Assembly: GCF_018977255.1 (NCBI RefSeq)
Contig: NW_024704743.1
Location: 13,704,001-13,768,000 of the forward strand
Source of the DNA: Callorhinchus milii
Taxonomy: Eukaryota
Reading direction: 5' to 3'
DNA length: 64,000 nt
The notes under the pieces were generated by a model. That model did not search any database, had not been told where the DNA came from, and worked only from the letters and a program-made list of their open reading frames with translations. Of this stretch, positions 42,801 to 54,800 are shown in pieces. The position numbers and the translations under genes were made by a program. How positions within the stretch are numbered: position 1 is the stretch's first letter; each line of letters starts with the position of its first letter.

Positions 42801-45800
42801 AGTTGGTAGCATTCTCGCTTCTGAGTCAGAAAGTTAGGGGTTGGGACTTAAACTCGCATAATCTGAGCTAACAGTCGAATGCAGTCCTGGGGGTGTGTTT
42901 CATTGTCAGAGGTGCTGTCCTTCAGATAAAATGTTAAACCAAAGTCCCATCTACATGTTCAAGTGAATACTAAGGATCCCATGGAACAATTCAAAACTGG
43001 AAGGGAGATTCACCTGGTGTCCTGTCCAGCAATTGCCCAAATAAAATGAATTATTTGTTTAATAGCTGTTTGTGGGACATTGCTGTGTGTAGTTGGGCTG
43101 CTGCGTTCATCTACAAATACAAAGTCACTCCACTTCACAATAAGTCTCCAAGCTTCCTTCCACAGTGCCTTTCACAGTGTGAGGAAGCTTTGGAACTTCC
43201 TTCCACCATGAAAGGCACTGTACTAAATGTAAGACTTACTGTCTTGTACAATGATTGTTTTTACCCTGAACGTTTACATTTTCCATCGCCATCTCATTAT
43301 TTTCGCACTCTTGGCATTGGTAGCACTGTAAGTCAATGTAAAACAAATGGACCGGCGTTACTTCAAACATCTGATAAAATTGTACTGTTTCAGAAATGTC
43401 ACCTACATAGTCACTACACTTTACAGTAAAATCCTGTGAAGTACTTTGACACATTTTGACGAGGTGACAAGACCAATATCAAATGCAAGTATCATAACTG
43501 ACCAAACTAAACAAACTCAGGGAAGATAAAACCCCTGGTCGGGATGAAGTGCATCCGTGCATATCAAAAGAATCTAAGGAAGAGATAGCAGAGGCACTAT
43601 TACATATATATATAATAATTCATTAGAAAAGGGAGTAGTGCCAGAGAACTGAAGGATAGCTAATGTTATACCTATATTTAAAAAGGGAGACAGAACAAGC
43701 CCAGGGAACTATAGACCTGTCAGCTTAACATCAGTGGTAGGAAAGATAATGGAATCCTTACTGAAAGAGGTAATAGAAAAACATCTAGAAACTGAAAATA
43801 TAGTAGAGAATAGTCAGCACAGATTTCAAAAAGGAAGGTCTTGCTTGACCAACTTCATTGAATTCTTTGAAGAGGTAACAGAAAAAGTAGACAAGAGTAA
43901 TGCAGTAGACGTAATATATTTGGATTTCCAAAAGGTGTTTGATAAGGTACTACATAATAGATTAATGAATAAGGTCAGAGCATGTGGAGTCGAGAAAAGT
44001 AGCAGAATGGATAGCAAGCTGGCTACAATACAGAAAACAGAGAGTAGGGCTAAAGGTTAGCTACTCAGACTGACAGAGGGTGGGAAGTGGTGTTCCACAA
44101 GGATTGGTATTGGGACCACTGTTGTTCACAATTTATATTAACGATTTGGACTCGGGGATCGAAAGTACAATTTCAAAATTTGTGGACGACATCAAATTGG
44201 GGGGAGTAGTTAATACTGAGGAGGACTGCATCAAATTACAAGACATTAATAAACTTGCTGAATGGGCATTTAATTGGCAAATTAATTTCAATATAGATAA
44301 GTGTGAGGTGGTACATTTTGGCTGGAGGAATAAGGAGGTCACATATTGCCTGGAAAATACAACAACAACAACTTGGATTTATATAGCGCCCTCCACGTTG
44401 GACGGCGTCTCAGATAGCTTCACAGTAACGGATCCCAGGGCCGAGCCAGGGGGAGGGGGAGGAAGGTGACCAAAGGTGCGGTCGAAAAGAAAGGTCTTCA
44501 GCAGAGATCTGAAAATAGGAAGAGGAGAAGGGAGTGAAGAAGGGAGATCCAGAGCCTCGGGGCATAGTGGCTGAAGGCACGGCTGCCGATGGTGGAGCAG
44601 AGGATTCAGGGGACAAAGAGGAGGCCAGACCCGGTGGAGCGAAGGCAACGGGCACTGTTGTGAGGAGAGAGGAGGTCAGAGACGTAGGGGGGGTGCAGAG
44701 AAGTGGAGGGATTTGAAGACAAGAGTGAGGATCTTGAAGTCGATCCTCTCAGGAACAGGCAGCCAGTGCAGTCTGGCAAGGACTGGGGTAATCGGGCAGC
44801 GCAGTTTGGTGCGGGTAAGAATGCGGGCGGCAGAGTTTTGGATGACCTGGATTTTATGAATGGTAGTGGAGGGGAGACCGGCGAGGAGGGCATTTGAATA
44901 GTCCAGCCGAGAGGTGACAAAGACATGGACCAGGGTTTCGGGGGCTTTTGCGATACGTCGGAGGTGGAAGAAAGTGGTTCTGGCGAGGGACTGTATGTGG
45001 GGGAAGGATAATTGGGGGTTGCGAACGGGTTCGGAGAGTTTTAGGGGTGGTCGGGTAGGTGGAGAAGTGAGAACCATGCGATTTAAGATGTTGACGAGAA
45101 CCAAAGAGTATGGGTTCCGTCTTGTCAACATTTAGCTTAAGAAAATTCACACTCATCCAGCTCCTAATGTCTGACAGGCAGGCTGACAGGGTCGCAAAGT
45201 GAGGTGGAAAAATAGAGTTGGGAGTCATCCCATACATGTGGAAGTGACCCCATGTCTGCGGATGACATCCCCAAGAGGGAGCACATAGATTAGGAAGGGG
45301 GCCAAGGATGGATCCTTGGGGTACCCCGCAGGTAACCGGATAAGAGCGGGGGAAAACCTTTTGTGCAGATGTACTGCTGGCGGTTCGTGAGGTAGTACTC
45401 AAACCAGGCGAGTGCGGTCCCACTGAGGTGGATGACAGAGGAAAGGCGGTGGAGGATGATGGCGTGATTGACTGTGTCGAAAGCAGCGGAAAGGTCCAGG
45501 AGGACAAGGAGGCAGAGGGAGCCCTGGTCACAGATAGAGAGGATGTCGTTTGAGACTTTCACAAGTGCAGTCTCTGTACTGTGGGCGGAAGCTGGACTGG
45601 AGGGGTTCGAAGAGGGAGTGGGAGGAGAGGTGTGCGCAGAGCTGAATGGCAACAACACATTCTAGGACTTTGGCGAGGAAGGGCAGATTTGAAATATGGC
45701 GGTAGTGGCTGGGGTCTGAGGGATCTAGGGAAGGTTTTTTGAGGAGGGGGGTGATGACGGCAGTTTTGAGGGTTTTGACTGATCCAGAGGAGAGGGACTG

Positions 45801-48800
45801 GTTGATGACATCAGCCAGTAGTAGGCAGAGGATGGGGAGCTGAGTCACCAGCAAGTTGGTGGGGAGGGGGTCGAGGCAGTAGGTGGTGGGTTTCATTGAG
45901 GTGATGGTGGGTGAGAGGGAGGAGGGAGAGATGGGGAGGAAAGAATGTAGGTTGGGGGTCGTGGTAGGAGCTGATGATGGGGAGGGTGAGGGGGAAGGAG
46001 AGGGGGTGATGGTGGGTGACAAGAGGCAGGAGGATGAGGCTGCCTGGCGTATATTATACATTTTGGTTGAAAAGAAGTCCATGACCTCCTCGCACTTGGC
46101 ATTAGATGTGAATATTGAGGAGGCCTGAGGGGGCGCACGGAGGAGGTAGTGGGTAGTAGGAAAAAGGACTTTGGGATTGTTTTTTGCCTTCAAGATGATG
46201 TTGGAGTAGAAGGCCGTTTTCCCACGCGTCAAAGAACTGCGGTAGCTGTGGAGATGCTCGAGCCACAGTTGGTGGTGAACTGTCAGGACAGTTTTCTGCT
46301 ATCTGCACTCGAGCAGCCAGGTTTGGGTTTTTAGGGAGCGGAGATGATTGTTATACCGGGGGATCGGGTGGGTTTGGAGATGGTCCTGGATTTCAGGGGG
46401 ACGAGAGAGTTGAAGTTGGAGAGGCGATCATGGAGCAGCTGGACGGTTGCTTCAGGATCTCTGTGGATAGAAGGCCAGAGGGATAGGATATTGGAGGATG
46501 TGAGGGCCTTTGTGAGGGTCTCAGGGGGTAGCCTTTTCCACGTGTGGTAGAGTATGGTTGAGGGCTTGGTGGAGGAGAGAGGGATGTGAGAGGAGAAGGA
46601 GATGAGGAAGTAGTCCGAGATGGCCTTGTCCACTATGCTCAGGTCGGAAATGTCAAGGCTGTGGGTGATGGCGAGAAATAAGAATCTAAATGGGGTAGAG
46701 GGGGAAAGCAATCTAGGGATACAGGTACACAAATCACTAAACGTAGCTACGCAGGTTAATAAGGCCCTAAAAAAAAGCAAATCAAGGGTTGAGGTTCATT
46801 TCTAGAGGGATAGAAATGAAAGCAGGGAAGTTATCCTAAACTTATATCGAACCTTGACCACACTTGGGAGTACTGTGTACAGTTCTGGTTCCCATGTTAT
46901 AGAAATGATATAGAGGCACTGGAGAAGGTGCAACGGAGATTTACAAGGATGGCATTGGAACTGCGAGGTTATACCTATCAGGAAAGGCTGAACAAGCTTG
47001 GACTCTTCTCTTGAAAAGAGAAGGGTGAGGGATGACCTAATAGAGGTCTTTAAAATTATGAAAAGTTTTGATAGGGTAGACATAGAGAAGATGTTTCCAC
47101 TTGTGGGGGTGACCAAAACCAGGGGCCATAAATATAAAATAGTCACCAACAAATTAAATAGGGAAGTCAGAAGGTCCTAATGGCCTGTTTTGTGCTGTAT
47201 ATTCTATGTAATTCGACGAATGTTATTATGCGGTCTGGAATGGATCAGTTATCGATAACCTTTAACCAGTTTACAAATATCGTAAATTGGACTCCCTCAC
47301 CCCACCCCGAAGCCGAATACGTCTCAGTGGACCTCACACTGTCACAGCTCACTCTCTACTTCGTCCACCTTCGCTCTTTATATTGGGTTTCCAAATTTCT
47401 GTTCCATCTAAACTGCGCTGGTCTCTAATCTAACACCTTCTTGATTTTCTATCCATAGCCCAATCCCTCCAGTTCTGTTTCATTGTTTCTGTGTCACTTA
47501 ATCTCTCTTCCTTTCACTTTCTTCCAAGCCCTACTTCTTATCTCAATCATTCAGTTCCATTCCTCCATGACGTACACTTCTGTCAATCACCCGCTAAAAA
47601 GACACTGGACATTCTCTCCAGCCTCTCCCACCCCCACCCGAAGGCTAATCTGACATGACATAACTTTGTGCAAAGGAAGTAAAAGATATCAGTTCTTCTG
47701 AAATAATAGAGTCACTGAGATAGAAAATGTACACCTGCATCATTTCACAATTTGCTTGTTTATTCCAGAAGTTCACATTGAAATAACAGCCCTTGTAATA
47801 AATAACTCAACGCTCAAAGCACACTTTTTGTTTTACAATTTCATTTCCTTGTCTTGGTGAATAGCTTACATTCAGTACTTGGAAAAAGGGAACTCAGTCA
47901 ATTGAGGAGAGAAATGTTCATAAGTTGAAAGACAACCTTATCATTGAAACACTTTGACCAGAGTTTTATATTAATTATTAGTGTTGGTACTAGTGTGTAC
48001 CTTTGAGGACTATTAGTATTTGATTATGTTTATTTATGTTTAATTATGTTTATAATAGACTTATTACTAAAGTGAGCAGAATGCAGGGGAAGAAAGGTCA
48101 CTGTAAAAGCTAGCCTCAAGTATAGTTAGAGAAAATTATGTTCTTTGAGATAAATTATCAAATGTGGCTAAAAAATAAACGTCCATGTCAGGACTGATTG
48201 GGAACAAAGGCTGCTTTCTAACATTGATGCTTGTTCTTGTTAATGTAGTACAGTAACCACATTGCTGTAAATATGGTTCTTCATGTGGTGATGGGTCTCG
48301 CATTGGTAGATTTCCAATAAAATAAGTAATCTTTTAAATAAATGTCTTTCTCCATTGTTTCAGCTAATTTATTTTCTGCTGCTTATTTCTCAGTCCTTTC
48401 TCTACTGGAAAGGGTCCTGTAGTGCGCAAATACAGGATTGTAGTTCTTCCACGGATAATTATCCACACTGATGGAATGACCACTTAGAATAGGTGCTGCC
48501 ACTCCCTGAATAAACTGTCTAGGAAGGGGCGCTATATAAATGCAAGTTGTTGTTGTTGTTGAATCATACCCAGCACAGTCACCAACTTCAAGAGAGGGTA
48601 ATAGGAAAAAAAGGGTGAAAAAATATAGTGAACATTCACAAGGGAGTGAGTTCAGTGGGAAAAGGCAGTTCCTTGGAGCAGCAAGGAACAGCCTACACAC
48701 TGTGAAACTCATCCAATCCCAGACCAGACAAAAGCTTGTTGCTACTGAGCCATTCCATCTGCTTCACTGAGATCTTCTTCCCACAGATTTCAGTGCAGCA

Positions 48801-51800
48801 ATATTTACTGAACACTCAGCCACAAACTCAAAGACCATGACACAATGATATTTCCGACCCTGTATATTTCTGTTGCTATGATGGTGTCTTCATTTAGACG
48901 CAATTTAACTTGGTGCCAAGAAACATCAGATACATTTACTTAGATTAAAGACAAAAGTATGATGAATAGCTTTTATCCCCAGTCACTTTATAAAGAGATA
49001 GAGGAGCATTGATTTCCCTTTGGGAATCTAGGAGAATTAACCCATACCTGATCTTGCTTCTTACAAGACATAGTGTGATGCTGAGTTGAACAAATGATAA
49101 TCCTTACATTTGGTATAGTGTCTTTCACAATGGAAGGACATCTCAAAGTGCTTTACATGATATATGTAACGTGCAGTGATTGTTTTGTGGTTGAAAGTGA
49201 CAGCCAATTAGCACACAGGAATGTCCCACACACAACCATGAAGTGACTGACCAATTTTATTTTGGGGGATTGTTGGCCAGAACACCAGGAGAAACTCCCT
49301 TCTCTTTTCAAATGATGCCATGGAATCTTTAACATCCACCTAAACAGGGAGATGGGGCCTGCAACAATTTAGCACACCCCCAGCACTGCATTAGACATGG
49401 GGTCTTGAACCCACAACCTCCCGATTCAGAAGTAAGACTGCTACCAACTGAGCCTGGCTGACACTGTAATAGTACAATATATCCTGTAAACTGTGCCAGA
49501 AACACACGCTGTGCGAACGGTGCTGGGCACACACACCGTGTGAATTGTGCTGTGGACACACATCATGTAAACTGTGCCGGGAAGATACACTGTGTAAACT
49601 GTGCAGGGGACACACACTCTATCAACAGAGCACTAGACATCCGGCAATTCCGGAGATGCTGGATAAGGAATCAATTTAGCTGAGAGGAACGTGTTAAATC
49701 TAAACCAGTGAGTACTGCAGACCAAGCAAAGCGTATGCATATTTTGTGTGTGGCTCTTTCCTGTTTCCCGTTCAGTACTTCCTATTTGACAGAGTTACTC
49801 TAAAATATGGCCAAAAATTCTCAAAATCAACACAATGACAGCAATGCATGTTATTTTTAATTCATGGAGCTTGCCAAATAATAACAAATAGTTAGTTAAA
49901 GCCAATTATCTTTAAATTACATTAAATGAGACACAAATTAGGAAGAGCCCTATTCACTGCACCTCAACAAGGGGTAGAGAGTTTGCAATATGTGATAGAT
50001 TAGACGCCCATCCACACAACATATTTGACACTCTGAAGAATTCTGTATCTGGGGTGTCCTGGTGCCTAACCATTAATTAACCATGAGGTGTAGTATTGGT
50101 GTATTAAGTACAGTCCAAGAACTTAAGGCTCAATCTCTAGTGTGTTTGGCTCAATTGATAGCACTTTTGTCTGCAGATCAAAGTTTGGGGGTAGATTTGT
50201 GTGGAAATAAGCCATTCAGGTATGTGTTGGTCTTCATACTGCACACGAGTCTCCACTCTCTCATTACTTTCTCCCATATCCTTCATTCCCTTTTCCCTCT
50301 AGCTTCTTCTCAAACACAACAATATTATCTGTTTTAACTACTGTTTTGGGTAATGAGTTCCACAATCTCTTTACCCTCTGCATGAAGTAATTCCTTCTGA
50401 ATTCTCTTTTAAATCCTCTAGTCGCTTTGTTGTACTTGTACTGGTTATGGACCTGGTTATGGACTCCCCAACAAATGGGAACAGGCTTCTTATGCTAACT
50501 TTATTGAACCAGGGGACTTGAGCTCTTGGTCCACAGTGACACTCCAGAACAGTTGTAGGAGAGTTGTGCATTGTTGAGGGTACTGTCCTTCAGATGAGAC
50601 ATTAAAAATGAGGTCCTGTCTACTGTGTTTTTTAGGTCATTCTTCAACGATCCAAAGATGCCATGTGAAAAGACAAGGAAGTTTGCCCCAGTGTTCTGAT
50701 CAACAATTCTCCAGATAAAATTGGTCATTGACCTCATGAATGTGTGAGGGGATATTGCTGAGTGCAAAATTGCTGTCAATATTTTCCTACAAAATAGAAG
50801 TCACTGGCCTTGACAGTAATGGCTTTAAGATGTGATAAGAAGTTAAGAAAATTCTTTCTCCATGTGGAGATAGGTGATCTCATCTGCAGTATTGTTGCGC
50901 TCGTTATAATTGGCTTGACTTCCTACTCCTGATCGCTAGCCAGAGTGACCCCTACTGAAAGTAGCCAAGTGCAGACACTATGAAGACAAGATCATGTTGC
51001 CTGTGATGGTCCCCTTGTTTGGATAGCTGCTAACATCCACATCTAGGCTCATCGACAAGAACACAATGGCAACTTGGGTGACTTCCTGGAGGTCTGCCAG
51101 TAACCAGGAAACAAGCCAGAAATTAAATTTACAAATGCTCCTCGCAGTGGGAAGGTGGCCAGTTTACATGCGATATGAAAGGTGGTCATGAACAGCTCTC
51201 TTGTGAAAGCTGGTTTCGGAGTTTTTTTTCCATTATATTTTCTGTTAGTTTTCAAGCTCAGGAATGGGTGTCAGAGGGGGAGGTAAAACATTCCACCAGT
51301 CCAGTCTTGCAATATCTTCCAGTGGGCGGCTAAGAGCTCCACTGATGGTAGTCTAGGAACAAGCTGCTTATATTACCTTTTCAGATACAGGTGTACATGA
51401 CGGGGAAGGGCAGAAATCATGACAGGAAAACAAAATTAGGGAAAAATGTGACTGCAACTAGCTTGATCCATATCACATAATAATGCCTCAAGGAGCAAAC
51501 AAATGACCAGCTCATCAATGTAAATGGATAACTGTCCTCTGTCCATTGTATGGTATGTATTCTCCAATAATTATCCTGTATCTCTGTTATTATTCAGTAG
51601 CTCATTTGGGTATCTTGGCCAAGGGTCTAAATCTCACTGGATGAGGCACAACCCTAAATCTTACCATTAATATGGTCTGTCTTGTATTTAATAATAAATA
51701 ACCCTTGGGTTTGATATTGCACCTTATCATGTTGCTGAGACATCTCAAAACATTTCAAAGGATATACTGTAAAGTGGATTGACTGTGTATTTTGTGGGCA

Positions 51801-54800
51801 AAGGAGGTAGCTGGTTTGTGGGACAGCAATGTTCCACAAACTGCCATGGACTAATTTTATTTGGAGGATTGTTGGCCAGGACACTGGGAGAAACTATTTG
51901 AATGCAGTTTGACAGGATTGGGAGTGAATGACTCTCTTTTCTCCCCCTCCACCAAAGGCAATCAAGTTAACAAACTCTGTGAAGCACTTTGAAACATTGA
52001 CTTGTTTTTTGGTCAGGGAGGATTGATGCATGTGGAAACCCATCACCATGCCAAAAAAGTATCCAAACCAGACAATGGAAATTTCCGTGTGTCTGGAATC
52101 CAATGTGCACTCTCTCCCTGGAGGGACGCACCCTGCATTATATTAGGAGAGCCAAAACTTGGGGAAGTTTTGAGTGATAAGGTTCTATATCAAATGGAAA
52201 ACTTATAATTATAACTTTTCCATTTACTCCTTGTTTTTGATTTTGATCGATGTATTGTGTACAGCTTGATTGGGAAGAAAAAGGCTGTGCCTGAGAGCTG
52301 ATGAGGAATGAGATGACTGACGATTTTTGGGTGACTTTGGGAGGAGGAAAGAACATTGGCTGGACATTAGAGAGAATTTCCTGCTCTTGCTCAAAATAAC
52401 GCCATGGGAACTGTAACAACCACCAAAGCACCAGAACGGATGGGAATTCATGTTAATATCTGATCGAAAAGGATAAATGATCATGTTGACAATGCACAGC
52501 AACACTGGAGTCTGCAGGGTTTCAGAGTGGAGACAGTTCCATTCATATAAATACATTTCAATGAGCATTCCACTCCAGTCACTTTCAATACCCTTAAGGT
52601 TAACAGTCATGTTGGGCTCAATATGTGCACTACTCTTCGCAATGCTGTACATGCAAGCAATGCACAACAGAGTCCTCTCACATTTATAATGTGCAGTCGG
52701 GGAGCGGCAGCAGGAGAGCGCGGGGAGGAGCCTGGGCCTACTGACCCAGGTACTTAAACTCGACGCCGGAGCGAGTGCAGCTAGGGGAGGGGAGGGGACG
52801 GAGCGGGGAACTGCGACGTCATAGATTAGTTTTCAGGTGAGTGCGCGCGCACAAAAAAAAAAAAAAAAAAAACCCTCTGCGCCCCCCCCCCCCAGGGCTC
52901 ACATCAGAGCCCACTATGGTCCTGTTGGGTTCGATGCCCCAATCTGCGGGATAATGCCATCCACCTGACCGCTCGCTCCCGGTCCCCGCGTGCGCACTAT
53001 GGCTGCCGCTTTGACCCGAGCCCCCTCACCCCCTCCCTCCCTCCCCCCTCCTCTCTCCCCCCAAACCCTCCCCCCTCTGCATCTCTCCCGCTCTCTCCTC
53101 CTCTCTCTCCGTCCCTCTCGTCTTCTATCCCCACTTGACCCTCCCACAACCTCCCTCTGTTCCAGTCTGGGAATCCTCCGCCGGGCTCACCGCGGCACTC
53201 GGCGTTGGCTGTCCAGCAGCAGCCACACCGACTGCCCCATTCCCCACCACTCTCGCCAGCCACCCCGGACACAGACCCGGGGAGTCAACCTCTCCTCCCT
53301 CATCCCCATCTCCCCCACCCCTGCCTCACAACCTGGACCCCCCTCCCCTCCCACACACCCTTCTGTCAACCGCTCCCTCCACATCGGACTGCAAAATGTC
53401 CGCTCCCTCTGCAACAAGGCCCTGGTCATCAACGATCTCATCCTTGATGAGAACGTTGATATCATGGCCTTGACAGAAACGTGGCTCACCCCAGGCGACA
53501 CCTTCCCCCTCACGGAGGCCACGCCACCCGGCTACACCTCCCACCACATCCCCCGCCCCAACCGCCGTGGCGGTGGTGTTGCCCTTATCTCAAGGACACC
53601 ACTTGCCCTCTCCCCCTACTCCACTGGCTCTTTCCCCTCCTTCGAGCACCTCACCCTCTCCCACCCCTCATTCCTCTCCCTTAAAATCCTCCTCCTCTAC
53701 CGGCCCCCTAAAACCTCTCCCACCTTCATCTCTGACATTTCAACACTCCTCACATCTCTTTGCCTCTGCTCCGATCGCCTCATCATCCTGGGCGACTTTA
53801 ACCTACACTTCACCCCCTCCTGCTCCATCTCCACAGACTTCTCTTCCCTGCTCTCCTCACTCAACCTTTCCCTACACATAAACTCCCCCACTCACAGTCA
53901 CGGCCACCCACTCGATTTGGTGATCACCCGGGGCCTCAGTGTCTCGGATGTCACTATTACCGACAAGGCCATCTCCGACCACTACTTCATCTCCTTCACC
54001 ACCTCCACCCCCCTCCCCACCTCCACCAGACCCACCACCATCTTCTACCGCCCTTGGAAGAAGTTACCCCCACAATCCCTAACCGATGCCTTGGAGTCCT
54101 CTGAACTCCTCTCCCTCTGGCCTTCAACCCTCACCGACCCCTCTTCTCCTCTCTCCCTCCTCCACAATATCCTCTCCTCCACACTCGATACTCTTGCCCC
54201 CATCACTTCCCGCACTGTCTCCTACTCCCGCTCCTCCCCCTGGTACACCACCCACCTCCGCTCACTGAAATGCCAGGTGCGGGCTGCTGAGCGCACCTTT
54301 GTCAAATCCGGCTTAACGGTCCACCGACAAATCTGGCTGGACCTCCTCAAAATTTACCGCTCCACTCTAGCCTCGGCCAAGTCGTCCTTCTACTCCAGGA
54401 TAATCCTGGAGGCGAAGAACAACCCCAGGCTACTGTTTTCCACCACATCCCGACTCCTCCGTCCCCCCCGCCACCCCGCGCAGGTCATCTCCTCCAACCT
54501 TCACTGCGAGGAGATGCTGGATTTCCTTGAATCCAAGATCAAGGGAATCCGCTCCGCGGTCACTTCCCCTCCAACTTCCACCCACCACCCACCCCTTCCC
54601 TCCCACACTCCGACTCCTACCCATCCTCCCCTACACACCTTCGTACCCGTTTCCCCACCCTCTGTCACTGAACTCATCCTATCCCTAAAACCAACCACCT
54701 GCTCCCTTGACCCCATCCCCACTCCACTCCTTATCTCCCAGCTCCATTTTCTTGTCCCACACATCACTGACATCATAAACCTGTCCCTCTCCTCTGGCTC

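Noticed and set aside
49485..49620. Regularly spaced repeats as a CRISPR-like array
   Set aside because: Degenerate head-to-tail minisatellite without unique spacers, in a eukaryotic intron.
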